Assembly (NCBI GenBank): GCA_964615235.1
Contig: CAZTMK010000012.1
Span: forward strand, 844 to 64,843
Origin: an uncultured Thermoplasmatales archaeon
GTDB taxonomy: Archaea > Thermoplasmatota > E2 > DHVEG-1
Length of the DNA: 64,000 nt
Reading direction: 5' to 3'
Part shown: in pieces, positions 28,478 through 38,950 of the stretch
Layout of the letters: each line of letters starts with the position of its first letter
Position numbering within the stretch: position 1 is the stretch's first letter
Translations under genes and position numbers: made by a program
Notes under the pieces: model-generated
Databases searched by the model: none
Told to the model about the DNA's origin: nothing
What the model saw: the letters and a program-made list of their open reading frames with translations, nothing else

Positions 28478-29092
28478 TTAATGGGGGACATTACCACCTA
28501 ATAAGATTGAGCTAACAACGCATAAAAACGCAGTGGCAATTCCTACCAGCAGCATTTGTAAACCATATCTTATCATGCTTTCGTCACTGATTTTTGCTAG
28601 GTATATTCCTAATAATACCAATATGGTTAAGGTCAGTCCGATGCAGATGAAAAAAGCATCATCGACAGTAATTATTCCAAAATTTACAAAGAAAAATGGA
28701 GATACTACAAAAATTGCTGCCATTGCAGGTGATGCACCATCAATTACAGATGCAAGAACAGTTGCATATCTATGAGATTTATGATGAATTCCGTTTTTCA
28801 AATCTGTAAGCATTGCTTTTTCCAAATCCTTTAATTTTTTTGTTCTCTCTGCTTTTTCAGTCATGTAGGCGCCACTAATTCCTGAAGTACCCATAGCAAT
28901 TGATCCAGCAATAGCTGCACTTATAATGGGCAACGGCTCTAAAATACCGGCTACATAAGCACCTATAACTACCCCCAACATAGTGAGTGCACCATCAAAA
29001 GCATTCATTACAAAATAGCGGCGGGTGATGGGACCAACACCAGAAATCTCATGATACTTTTTCCATCTCTTTATTATCTTCTTTCCAACCAT
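28478..29092 (-). CDS. VIT1/CCC1-family membrane protein (putative Fe/Mn transporter)
   Basis: FVMNAFDGALTMLGVVIGAYVAG resembles the VIT-family N-terminal motif. Five predicted TM segments, 204 aa. Confidence 0.5.
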   Translation of the reverse strand: MVGKKIIKRWKKYHEISGVGPITRRYFVMNAFDGALTMLGVVIGAYVAGILEPLPIISAAIAGSIAMGTSGISGAYMTEKAERTKKLKDLEKAMLTDLKNGIHHKSHRYATVLASVIDGASPAMAAIFVVSPFFFVNFGIITVDDAFFICIGLTLTILVLLGIYLAKISDESMIRYGLQMLLVGIATAFLCVVSSILLGGNVPH

Positions 29093-29213
29093 TATCGTTT
29101 CACTTTGAAACTATCTGCCTTATATAGTCTCATGGATAAAAGGTTTTTGAATATTATGTTCCTAATTTAATTATGCAAAGGTTTTATTTAATAATTATAA
29201 TTGTTAAAACAGA

Positions 29214-30371
29214 ATGATTGAATTGGATAACTATTATAATGGTTTTGAACAAGGACCAATTCGTCCTCCAAGTGAGGCAAAAAGTCTCCTTTTAAGAGTT
29301 ACAAGAAATTGTCCATGGAATAAATGTACGTTCTGTCCGATATATAAAAACTCAAAATTTTCTATTAGAGATATAAAACATGTCAAATACGATATTGAGA
29401 CTATTGCAAAATTTATTGAAAGGCTAAATGAGATCAGAGAGGAAAATGACAAAATAAATCAATATCTAATTAGAGGGGAATTTAATTCTCTAAATCCCAA
29501 AGATATTTATGCTTTTGAGACAGCATATCACTGGTTTACTAATGGTATGAATTCGATTTTTTTACAGGATTCTAACAGCTTGGTGATAAAACCTGATAAT
29601 CTAGTTAAAATCCTTAGATATATCAAGGAAAAATTTCCCAGAGTAAAAAGAATTACATCGTATGCAAGATCAAGCACAATTTTTAAAATCTCTGAAGATA
29701 AATTAGCAGAAATTGCAAAGGCTGGACTAAATAGGATTCATATAGGGATGGAATCTGGGGCTGATATAGTTCTCAAAAATGTTAAAAAAGGAGCAACAAA
29801 AGAGACTCATATTTTGGCAGGTAAAAAGGTCAAAAATGCGAGAATGGAACTTTCTGAATATATGATGCCTGGACTTGGGGGGAAAAAACTCTCAAAAATT
29901 CATGCAATTGAATCGGCAGATGCACTTAATAAAATAAATCCAGATTTCATTAGGTTAAGACCGCTTGCGATTCCATACCACATACCATTGTATAAGGATT
30001 ATATTGATGGAAAGTTTCAAAAATGTACGGATTTGATGATGGTAAAAGAATTGAAAATATTTATAGAAAATTTGGATGAGATCGATAGTATGATACAAAG
30101 CGATCATATTCTTAATTTATTTGCAGATTTGGAAGGTAAATTTCTAGAGGATAAACAAAAGATGTTAAAAACATTAGATTTATTTCTTAAATTGAGACCT
30201 AAGCAGAGGGGACTATATCAGGTTGGTAGACGTTTGGGTATATTTTCTACCTTAAAGGATTTAGAAAATCCATATTTACTTTCGCAAGTTAAAAATTATT
30301 GTGACAGGTTTAAGTTAAATAGAAAAAATATCAATGAATTTACTGATAGTTTAATGCAGAGATTTATCTAA
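29214..30371 (+). CDS. Radical-SAM-like Fe-S protein with non-canonical CX4CX2C motif
   Basis: GPIRPPSEAKSLLLRVTRNCPWNKCTFCP is a cluster-binding loop. Downstream G-rich GMESGAD and TIM-barrel-like alternation. Confidence 0.5.
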   Translation: MIELDNYYNGFEQGPIRPPSEAKSLLLRVTRNCPWNKCTFCPIYKNSKFSIRDIKHVKYDIETIAKFIERLNEIREENDKINQYLIRGEFNSLNPKDIYAFETAYHWFTNGMNSIFLQDSNSLVIKPDNLVKILRYIKEKFPRVKRITSYARSSTIFKISEDKLAEIAKAGLNRIHIGMESGADIVLKNVKKGATKETHILAGKKVKNARMELSEYMMPGLGGKKLSKIHAIESADALNKINPDFIRLRPLAIPYHIPLYKDYIDGKFQKCTDLMMVKELKIFIENLDEIDSMIQSDHILNLFADLEGKFLEDKQKMLKTLDLFLKLRPKQRGLYQVGRRLGIFSTLKDLENPYLLSQVKNYCDRFKLNRKNINEFTDSLMQRFI

Positions 30372-30592
30372 ATAAAACTAAATTGTCGTCTTAGATACGA
30401 TATTATTCAATAATATATTGTCGGCTTTTAAACGACATTTTTACAATTAATTATTTAAGGAGTTATTTATGGATTATCAAGATAATTTTTTTTCTGTTGT
30501 TTTATCGCTTTTCTGCCGACATAATGGAAAAATATTTAAACTTATAAAATAAATAAATATTAAAATAATAAAATAAAATTGGTGCTAATTTA

Positions 30593-31003
30593 ATGACCAG
30601 TGTAGGCGTTTTGGGTAATAAAAGCTTGGAGCAAGCAGTCCAAGAGATATTGAAATCCAGAGCGGCCTCTAGAATTTACCTCTATCTTCTAAGAAAAAAT
30701 GGGGCAAAGGCAGATCAAATTATAAGAGGATCTCATCTTCACCCAAGCACTGTCAGAGAAATCCTTGCCCAGATGTATGATCAGAAACTAATTTATCGTA
30801 AAAAATTAAAAACAGATAACATCGGAAAAAATCCTTACGTGTATTATCCGATTTCTCCCCTTCTTTTAATTAAAAGATACTCAAAAGAAATTGAAGACAG
30901 GCTCAACAAAATTGCCAGATTGGCAAATTTCAAACAAAAAGATGCTAACTATAATCCTGTGAAAATCAAAATATCTGAAGAGGCAAAAACCAATGAACGT
31001 TAG
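30593..31003 (+). CDS. Winged-helix transcriptional regulator (TrmB/MarR-like)
   Basis: 136 aa. ASRIYLYLLRKNGAKADQIIRGSHLHPSTVREILAQMYDQKLIYRKK. Overlaps the downstream transporter gene by 11 nt. Confidence 0.6.
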   Translation: MTSVGVLGNKSLEQAVQEILKSRAASRIYLYLLRKNGAKADQIIRGSHLHPSTVREILAQMYDQKLIYRKKLKTDNIGKNPYVYYPISPLLLIKRYSKEIEDRLNKIARLANFKQKDANYNPVKIKISEEAKTNER

Positions 31004-33236
31004 GCCCATTGCTCAAGTTCTTGTCAAACGACCACATGCGGTTCTTATTATATTTACACTTATCACGGCTTTAATAGGCACTCAAGCAACGAATGTTTAC
31101 ATGGTTTCAGATTTTGCTAATTTTCTACCAAAGGACGACACTTCAGTTCAGCTATGGAACAGGATTGACAAAGAATTCCAAATGGGTTACAATATCATCA
31201 TTTACATCGAGGCAGATGATATAAGAGATCCTGATGTTTTAAAGGAGATGGATAGGGTATGTTGCAGCCCGACACTTAATCAGTATGAAAGTGACAAAGG
31301 CAAGATAGACGGAGTAGTTACTGTTAGAAGTTTATCTTCGTTGATCAAAGAGGAAAATGCCAAACCATATCAAATTGGCGGTCTTGGCGGCTCAGGAAAA
31401 AGAGAAATACCTGACGATGAAAAGCTTATTGCTAGATATCTTGCAAGAACCACTGTTCAGGCCTACAAAGGTTCATATTTTACCAACACCTATAAGATAA
31501 GTCTAATTATAATTCAATTGGCGTCAGATGCTGATTATGACGAGATCTTAGAAAAAACAAAAGATGTGATAGAACATAGGGGTACCTATTACTCAGAGAT
31601 GACCATAACTGGAACAGTTGCGATGCAAAAAGCAATCCAGAATATTAGTATGGAATATTTCAGATTGATTTTACCTATTATTATTCTATTGATTTCTGCG
31701 GTATTATTCTTTTTCCACCGATCTCTAAGAGGGATTATTATTACGTTAATGCCTACAGCATATGCAATAATACTTACATTTGGTCTTTTAGGTGCCGTTA
31801 CTCCTGAAATGACTTTGCTTGCAATAGCTGTTGTTGCATTGCTTCTTGGTTTGGGGGTCGACTACTCTATTCATATTATGAATAGATTTGCCGAGGAAAA
31901 ATCAACTGGAGATGAAGTGGATAGAATGGAAAAATTATTGAAATCCACTGGAAAAGCAATACTTCTTTCCTCCATAACAACAATAATCGGTTTTGGATCT
32001 TTGATGATTTCCAGCATGAGTCCTATGATAACATTTGGTTTCGCATGCGCAGTAGGAATTATGTTTTGTTTTATCTGCTCAATCATACTTGCACCAATCC
32101 TGATAGTTATTTTAAGATATGAAAAAAATAGCATTTTTCCGAGTTGGAGCAGTCTTGCGACCTTTGTTATACATAATAAACGACGGATAGCAGTTATTGC
32201 TTGCTTTTTTGCGGTTATGTCAATTATTCTCATCCCACAAATTACAACTGATGTAAACTACTTCGACATGGCACCTGAAGGAATCCCTGAGCTTGAAAAA
32301 CTTCAGGAATATTCAAACAACTTTGGTGGAGGTAACTTCAATGCACTACTGATTGTAACTGATCCCCAAGGATTAACCTATCCTGAAACCATTGATGCTA
32401 TTTATAACATGGAAGAGGAAATGAGAGAGGAAGGAGTTAATGTAAACTCTCTAGCAGATCAGGTAAAGAAGGTAAGTGATGTATTAGAAAGAAATGATAT
32501 AGTAGATCGTTTAAATGATTTCCTGGGTGTTGATACAATTATTTATGATATGGTTGCCGAGTCTGGGTTAGTTTCTGAAGATTTCTCAACTACCATTATC
32601 CTTGTCAATATTCCTCTAGGAAAGAGTATGGAAGAAAACGAAGCAACGGTTAACAAAGTAAATGAAATTGCTGAAAAAGCAGAAATACCACATAATGGCA
32701 GAGTGTCTCAGCTTACAGGTACAGATGCTATAAATGTCGCAATAAATAAAAAACTAACAGACGAACAAACACGTTCAATGATTGTTGCTTTACTTCTAGT
32801 TCTAGCATCATTAATAGTTATATTCGGCTCCTCCATCTATGGTTTCCTGACTATGATACCAGTCGGATTTCTTTTGATGTGGGAGCCTGGATTTCTCGTA
32901 GGACTAAATGTTCCATTATCAGTTTTTACTATCTCCATTGCATCAATTATGATAGGGATTGGTATAGATTATGGAGTTCATATAACTCACAGAGTGCGCG
33001 AGGGGTTGGAGGAAGGGCTTTCAAAAACAGAGGCAACAAAGGTTGCTATAGAAAAAACCGGTCTTTCTTTAGTCGAGGCCGCTGCAACTACAATTGCCGG
33101 TACTGCTTCTATTTTCTTTATAGATATCTCAGCACTTCAGCAATTTTCCTTACTAATAATTGTAATGGTAGCGTTGTCAGTAGTTGGTGCGGTATTTATT
33201 CTACCAGCATTTTACGATTTCAAGTTTGTTAAATAA
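30993..33236 (+). CDS. RND-superfamily exporter, MMPL/HAE3-like (12 TM with two large extracytoplasmic loops)
   Basis: 747 aa. Two 6-TM bundles (LGLGVDYSIHIMNRF and IGIDYGVHITHRV, the sterol-sensing-like D-Y-x-I-H motifs of RND/MMPL), each preceded by an about 200-aa soluble domain. Confidence 0.8.
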   Translation: MNVRPIAQVLVKRPHAVLIIFTLITALIGTQATNVYMVSDFANFLPKDDTSVQLWNRIDKEFQMGYNIIIYIEADDIRDPDVLKEMDRVCCSPTLNQYESDKGKIDGVVTVRSLSSLIKEENAKPYQIGGLGGSGKREIPDDEKLIARYLARTTVQAYKGSYFTNTYKISLIIIQLASDADYDEILEKTKDVIEHRGTYYSEMTITGTVAMQKAIQNISMEYFRLILPIIILLISAVLFFFHRSLRGIIITLMPTAYAIILTFGLLGAVTPEMTLLAIAVVALLLGLGVDYSIHIMNRFAEEKSTGDEVDRMEKLLKSTGKAILLSSITTIIGFGSLMISSMSPMITFGFACAVGIMFCFICSIILAPILIVILRYEKNSIFPSWSSLATFVIHNKRRIAVIACFFAVMSIILIPQITTDVNYFDMAPEGIPELEKLQEYSNNFGGGNFNALLIVTDPQGLTYPETIDAIYNMEEEMREEGVNVNSLADQVKKVSDVLERNDIVDRLNDFLGVDTIIYDMVAESGLVSEDFSTTIILVNIPLGKSMEENEATVNKVNEIAEKAEIPHNGRVSQLTGTDAINVAINKKLTDEQTRSMIVALLLVLASLIVIFGSSIYGFLTMIPVGFLLMWEPGFLVGLNVPLSVFTISIASIMIGIGIDYGVHITHRVREGLEEGLSKTEATKVAIEKTGLSLVEAAATTIAGTASIFFIDISALQQFSLLIIVMVALSVVGAVFILPAFYDFKFVK

Positions 33237-33245
33237 GTTTCTATA

Positions 33246-33935
33246 TTAAGATACAACTTCTTTTCCCAATGTCATGATTCCCTGCTTACTGCCAACTATT
33301 ACTTCGTCGACAAGACCAATAAATAATCCGTTTTCAACAACTCCAGGAATATTGTTTATTTCTTTTTCGAGACCCTCGGGGTCATTGATCCGATCGAATT
33401 CACAATCCAAAATATAATTTGAATTATCTGTAATGTATGGCTCACCCATTATTTTTCTTAGTTCTACTGTACACCCGAATTCTTCAAGTGCTTTTTTTGT
33501 TGAACCCCATGCAAATTTTACTACCTCAACGGGAAGAGGAAAATCAATACCAAGAGCTTTTACAATTTTTGATTCATCGATTACTATTATTACCTTTTTA
33601 GAATGATATGCAATTATTTTCTCTCGTGTGAGTGCACCACCACCACCTTTAATTAAATTTAAGCGGGAATCTACTTCATCTGCACCGTCGATAGTAAGAT
33701 CAATTTCTGGGTTATCCTCAAATGTTGTTAATGGTATCTTATATTCGTTTGCAATTTTTCTAGTGTGCATTGATGTTGGAATTCCCTTTATATCCAAACC
33801 TCGTTGTACGAGTTCTCCAATTTTTTGTAAAACATATTTGACAGTGGAGCCAGTTCCCAGACCAAGAACCATCCCATCTGAAATATATTCTGCTGCTTTT
33901 TCCCCTGCCAATTTTTTTAATTCCTCTTGATCCAA
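33246..33935 (-). CDS. rpiA: Ribose-5-phosphate isomerase A
   Basis: GLGTGSTV, DGADEVD, KGGGGALTREKI are RpiA catalytic blocks. 229 aa. Confidence 0.92.
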   Translation of the reverse strand: MDQEELKKLAGEKAAEYISDGMVLGLGTGSTVKYVLQKIGELVQRGLDIKGIPTSMHTRKIANEYKIPLTTFEDNPEIDLTIDGADEVDSRLNLIKGGGGALTREKIIAYHSKKVIIVIDESKIVKALGIDFPLPVEVVKFAWGSTKKALEEFGCTVELRKIMGEPYITDNSNYILDCEFDRINDPEGLEKEINNIPGVVENGLFIGLVDEVIVGSKQGIMTLGKEVVS

Positions 33936-34051
33936 TGATTCACCACACCTGTAATCCTAATATTATTCAATAATGTTTGCACATTACTTTCAAAATCTAA
34001 TAAAAATTTTTTATATGCTTGATAAATAAAGAAAAAGAAAGAGGTTATTGG

Positions 34052-37000
34052 TTAGAACGGGTATCTTAAGTAAAGGGATCTTCCTAGAAGGAAAGCGTCT
34101 TCACTAAAGCTAACATCGTCAACCTTTACATTTACCATTACACTGCCAAAACCAAATAAATTTCCACTGTTTATATCAATACTGTCACCTGACTGTAATT
34201 GATTTATATTTCCTGATGTACTAGCACCAGCAAGTATTATGCCATTAAGAAACGGTATGCCATAAATGCGTTCAATTGTATTATCCGAAATTAAAGTAAT
34301 TTGCCAGTCTATATTGGATAATTGGGTCGTTCCGCCGTTTGTAATTGTAGCTATAATGGTTTTTTTATCATTTGTTACATCTACGTTTTCAATAAAAATC
34401 GAGGAAGTTGAACCAAATATTTTTGCGTAAAGATTCCCGTCTGTCTTTGACCAAACCATTGCATCATTGCAAACATCGAAGATATCGTTGGTATCAAGAT
34501 CATTGATTCCTGATACCGGCTCTTGCTCTGACCAGTTAATACCATTTGTACTATGACTTTTAATTATTTGCGCTCCACGTATGAAATAACAATCAAATGA
34601 ACCGTCTTCATTGGCTACGACTTCTGGCTTTTCTCCATTTGTTGTAATTAGATGATTAAATGACCACAAATCACCGTTGGACGAATAGGACGAATAAATA
34701 TTATCATCATCTTCATAAACCAATACGGCTCTGCCGTTGTAAGCTCCGAAGTCTAAATTTTTCCCTTCAAATGGACCTATAAAACCTAAGTCCAGACTAT
34801 CTCCTGGAGTTTCGGGATGAAGTGCCCTTATCAGATATGCACCAGATGCGTGCTCAAAACCAAAGAAATTGTAGTGGGTGGAATGGTCAACCGCTCCGAC
34901 TAGATTATAAATATTTTCCAGACCGGGCAAGAATGTTGTGTAGTCACTCGTACTGACCGAAAAAACTGGTATTTGAATTAGATTTTCATCAAGATAGTCA
35001 CATGTCATCATTGAAATATATTGAATGTCGTTATCAAAATAATCTCCGTTGATAGCGCAACCATTTTTACCATATTCTACGGTTGTTTTAGATGAACTTG
35101 AATAAGTTCGAACTTCCCAGGAATTTTCATTTGTCATATCACTCATTATCAATATATCAAAATCACTGCCTATGCCATTGTATTGGCATCCAACAGCGAT
35201 ATTATCGATACCACAGTAGCTGACAGATTGGTGTACAATCTCATCATTGCCATTTGGCAAAAGTAGCTCATTCCAAACAGCTCCGCCTCTTGAGTATGCA
35301 AATCCACTATGCCAAACAGGACCTGTATATGTCTGTTCTTGACGCGCATATCCTGTGAGGAAGTTTCCGTTACCATTTGAAGTTAAACTTTCTGGTTTTT
35401 TATCTAAAAGCGCGTTTTTAGTTATCTGGTAATCGTTTGAAAAGGTAGAATCCAATATCGACGTTTCGGTTTTTAGCTGCTCGGTTTTTTGTAATACAAA
35501 TCCAGGTTTTTCCTCGGTATCTTGTGACGAATCTGACATTTCTCTTAAATCTAGCGAAGCAGAATTAGAATAACCCCCAATCTTAAGGGTTGGATCTCCA
35601 AGTAGAATCATCTCCTCAACGGTTTTTGTATTGCTTTGACCTATGGGTGAAAAATGAGTTATATAGCTATTGAGAGCCTGGGTAAATGTTTCACCTAAAA
35701 TGTCAATATTTTCCTCGAAGCATAACCTGAAAAATTCTGGCCATAGCCAACCACCGTATCTTTCTGTATTTTCGCTGCCTATTCCTCCATATCCCATTGC
35801 AGCAGGACCCACTGTTGCAATAGATCCACCTTCTGGTAATCTAGTCAGCCACCAACCTAGGCATTCAGGTGCCCAAGATCCGCTTTTTGCACTATATGTG
35901 TTGGATATAGGATCAATTAAAAGTCTCAATAAGCTACAATCAATAGCTAGCGGGTGACAACCGCTTAATACAGTTATCGGAAGTTTATTGCCGTTTTTAA
36001 GTTGATCAAGAGGAAAGAGTGGAGGTGTAAAACCACCCTGACTTATTTGATATAGTCCATCAACTGACCCGTGTTTACGGCCACCGGGTATGCCTGGATA
36101 ATGATTGCCCCATGACATTGGATTTGCGTGCCCCTCAAAATAAGCAAATCCACAACCTTCGTTTAACGCCGATAGAACATCGTCGATATCATTAAAATCA
36201 CCAGTAGAAGTCCAGAGCTTGACTGCTTGAAAATCATCTGGGAAATACTCAAGAGTTTTTTTCATTACAGGTTCCCCTTCAAACCAGACTTCAACATCTT
36301 CAACTGTCCAGTCTGCATCAGGAACCAGTTGTCCTCCACTATCGGTAATCCATACATGAAGTTCAGTAAATGATCCTTCTGGGTTTGGTTGGGGATCGTA
36401 CGATTTTCCCTTGATATACATAACCCCATCCAGATATTCAATAGATGTCCATCTGTCTCCCTCGTATGCTCCACGCGGTTTGTTTACATAAACGTCGGTC
36501 GTGCCAAGAATATCTTCCTCTGAAGGAACTGTAATTTCTGCAACCGGCGGAAAAGGATAACTTAAACCTGTAGTAATGTAGTCTTCCTCAGAAAAAGTGA
36601 CGACGGATTGCAGGGTATTATCAACATATACTGTTACCTTGTTTTCAGGCCCAGTAATGTTATGTTTATTCTTACTTTGTGCATGTATGGTATATTCTCC
36701 GTTTTGTAGTACTGATACATCCCAAGGTATGTTCCACTCTGGGAAATCGGCGAAATCGTCCCCTGTTGCTGTTAGCACTGTTTTAAACCAATCTTCATTT
36801 GTATTATCGCTATTTTCATAATTTATTATTTTGTCAACCATTGTCTTTGCTTCTTTTTCATGACGACATGCTAAACGTCCAAGGTAAACGTCAGGGACAA
36901 GATCAAGCTCGTCATATCCATACCAATCCCATTCACCAAATCTGCCGTTACCATTTGAATCCCAATCACAAAATTCCTTTCCCGTTAATGGATTGTAATA

Positions 37001-37927
37001 ATAGATATCAGCATAGTAAATATCCGATGGATAATCGGTGTCATCTCCACCACCGGTATTTAGATACACATGTCTTATTGGAAATTGCAGTTTGGGATTA
37101 TTAAGGCCAAGAAAACTCCTGTATCCTCCTACCAAGAGTACATATTCAATGCCCCAATTTTCAATAGCATCTTTTATGTAATATTTGATTTTCTCTTGAG
37201 TATCACGTCCTTGACCGTTAATTTCATCCAGTAACGTTACCTTCGTTCTTATTCCAAGGTTATTTTTATGATTTGATAGTCGGTTCATCTCATTTTCATA
37301 TGCTGGTGCAGTTATAATCAAAAAATCATACACATCGGCTTCGACAACAGGTTCTGCCGGAGAATTATATGTAATTTCTAATTCTGCATTTTGTATATAG
37401 TTGATTTCATCTTTTAACGGAGAATAGCGTACAGGATAAATGTTAATAGAAACAATTAACTTTCTTTGTTTATCTTTTGTCAACCCTACAAAAGTGTTAT
37501 ACGAATGCCATTCGGTTGGATAAAAATTGGATGATTTATAGATACTTTCATAAGTTACAATACCTCCTACTTCTCCAGAACCATCTAAAGTTAAAGCAGA
37601 AGAAACTGGTTTTATTTTTGCAGATAAACCTTGGCTAATCGGATTATTACAATTCAATATTATCTTTTCTATTGTAGTTCCAAGAGGAAAATCTAACACC
37701 AGTTGATAAACAGGTATTATTGGCATTCCAGGTTCAAAATGTATATTTTCTGTTTCCTCCATAGATATTTTAATAAATTCCCCATCCGGCTCAATTGTAG
37801 GTTTTGAAAATTTAATTTTTTTTACATATATGTTATTGGCGTTTGGCTGTTCACCAGCGTCAATTATTGAAACAGCACTTAAAAAAAACAGTGCTACTAC
37901 AAGTATTGTAATTATTTTTTCCTTCAT
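34052..37927 (-). CDS. Very large (1291 aa) secreted peptidase C25 (gingipain)-like cysteine protease with a long C-terminal beta-rich extension
   Basis: Signal peptide MKEKIITILVVALFFLSAVSIIDA. Shares YVLLVGG, VYLGRLACRHEKEAKTMVDKIINYENS, FAYFEGHANPMSW (His) and VLSGCHP (Cys) blocks with 14693-16636. The C-terminal about 600 aa are S/T/N/G/Y-rich. Confidence 0.65.
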   Translation of the reverse strand: MKEKIITILVVALFFLSAVSIIDAGEQPNANNIYVKKIKFSKPTIEPDGEFIKISMEETENIHFEPGMPIIPVYQLVLDFPLGTTIEKIILNCNNPISQGLSAKIKPVSSALTLDGSGEVGGIVTYESIYKSSNFYPTEWHSYNTFVGLTKDKQRKLIVSINIYPVRYSPLKDEINYIQNAELEITYNSPAEPVVEADVYDFLIITAPAYENEMNRLSNHKNNLGIRTKVTLLDEINGQGRDTQEKIKYYIKDAIENWGIEYVLLVGGYRSFLGLNNPKLQFPIRHVYLNTGGGDDTDYPSDIYYADIYYYNPLTGKEFCDWDSNGNGRFGEWDWYGYDELDLVPDVYLGRLACRHEKEAKTMVDKIINYENSDNTNEDWFKTVLTATGDDFADFPEWNIPWDVSVLQNGEYTIHAQSKNKHNITGPENKVTVYVDNTLQSVVTFSEEDYITTGLSYPFPPVAEITVPSEEDILGTTDVYVNKPRGAYEGDRWTSIEYLDGVMYIKGKSYDPQPNPEGSFTELHVWITDSGGQLVPDADWTVEDVEVWFEGEPVMKKTLEYFPDDFQAVKLWTSTGDFNDIDDVLSALNEGCGFAYFEGHANPMSWGNHYPGIPGGRKHGSVDGLYQISQGGFTPPLFPLDQLKNGNKLPITVLSGCHPLAIDCSLLRLLIDPISNTYSAKSGSWAPECLGWWLTRLPEGGSIATVGPAAMGYGGIGSENTERYGGWLWPEFFRLCFEENIDILGETFTQALNSYITHFSPIGQSNTKTVEEMILLGDPTLKIGGYSNSASLDLREMSDSSQDTEEKPGFVLQKTEQLKTETSILDSTFSNDYQITKNALLDKKPESLTSNGNGNFLTGYARQEQTYTGPVWHSGFAYSRGGAVWNELLLPNGNDEIVHQSVSYCGIDNIAVGCQYNGIGSDFDILIMSDMTNENSWEVRTYSSSSKTTVEYGKNGCAINGDYFDNDIQYISMMTCDYLDENLIQIPVFSVSTSDYTTFLPGLENIYNLVGAVDHSTHYNFFGFEHASGAYLIRALHPETPGDSLDLGFIGPFEGKNLDFGAYNGRAVLVYEDDDNIYSSYSSNGDLWSFNHLITTNGEKPEVVANEDGSFDCYFIRGAQIIKSHSTNGINWSEQEPVSGINDLDTNDIFDVCNDAMVWSKTDGNLYAKIFGSTSSIFIENVDVTNDKKTIIATITNGGTTQLSNIDWQITLISDNTIERIYGIPFLNGIILAGASTSGNINQLQSGDSIDINSGNLFGFGSVMVNVKVDDVSFSEDAFLLGRSLYLRYPF

Positions 37928-38242
37928 TTTATATTACCTCCCTATACTGTCCTTCGTAAACCAAATTACGGCACTTTTGTTTTTATGTTGATTAATTTTA
38001 TCAACACTAATCTATGCTTAAAAGGACAGCTTTGGTCTTCTGGTATCCTTTTTATATTTTATATTATATTTGTTATATTATATAAGATTAGTCCCATTCA
38101 AATATCGTTTTTTAAAAAATATTTTTTAACAATTTTTATCTTTGTTCAACTTTTAGCGATATTTATTTAATTATTGTTAATAACGATTACTTAGAGGTGT
38201 ACAAAAATTTATACTTATCATTTGAATTACAGGGTTGATAAA

Positions 38243-38911
38243 ATGCTATCTGAATGTGAGGAACATGGTTATTTCAGAGGCGAAACGTGCCCTGTATGCA
38301 ATGAAAAAGGGAAATTTTTAATGAATGATAAAGAGCTTAATTCTTTAAGCAGAATTATGGCTGGGGCATTGCGTCATTTTCCAGATAAACTTGGTCTTAT
38401 GATGGATGGAAAAGGCTGGGTTGATATTTCTTCATTGATTGATGCAATAGGTACCAGTAGATCTGGTTTTAATTGGTTACGAGCACATCACATTGAAGCT
38501 TTGGTTTCCACTGACTCAAGAGGAAGATATCAAATTGATGGAGGAATGATTAGAGCCACCTATGGTCATACTATTGATGTTACTCTTGACGATCTTCCTT
38601 CTGCCGATCTTGATGAATATTTTTATCCGGTAACAGAAGAGGAAGCTGACATAATAATAGAGGGGGGTCTGCATCCCATAGATCGAAAAAAGGTTCATTT
38701 AAGCGGAAGTATTGAAAAAGCCATCGAGGCCGGGAGAGTTCGTACTGAGGACCCTTTAATATTAAGAATTGATGGGGTTAAAACTCGCAAGGACGGTATT
38801 GAAATTTATCATGCTGGAACTGATGTATATATTACAGAAAAAATTGAAGCAAAATACATATCAAAGGTTGAAGATAAGATAGTTAAAAAGATATTAACCG
38901 GAAAAAATTAA
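38243..38911 (+). CDS. kptA: RNA 2'-phosphotransferase Tpt1/KptA with a short N-terminal zinc-ribbon extension
   Basis: LSRIMAGALRHFPDKLGLMMDGKGWVDISSLI matches the Tpt1 N-terminal block. GHT-type motif YGHTIDV. N-terminal CEEHGYFRGETCPVCNEKG. The ORF track begins at the TTG at 38222; the ATG at 38243 is the more likely start. Confidence 0.75.
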   Translation: MLSECEEHGYFRGETCPVCNEKGKFLMNDKELNSLSRIMAGALRHFPDKLGLMMDGKGWVDISSLIDAIGTSRSGFNWLRAHHIEALVSTDSRGRYQIDGGMIRATYGHTIDVTLDDLPSADLDEYFYPVTEEEADIIIEGGLHPIDRKKVHLSGSIEKAIEAGRVRTEDPLILRIDGVKTRKDGIEIYHAGTDVYITEKIEAKYISKVEDKIVKKILTGKN

Positions 38912-38950
38912 TAACTGTTTTTCATTTTTCGGGTTCCCGATTTTTTTAAT

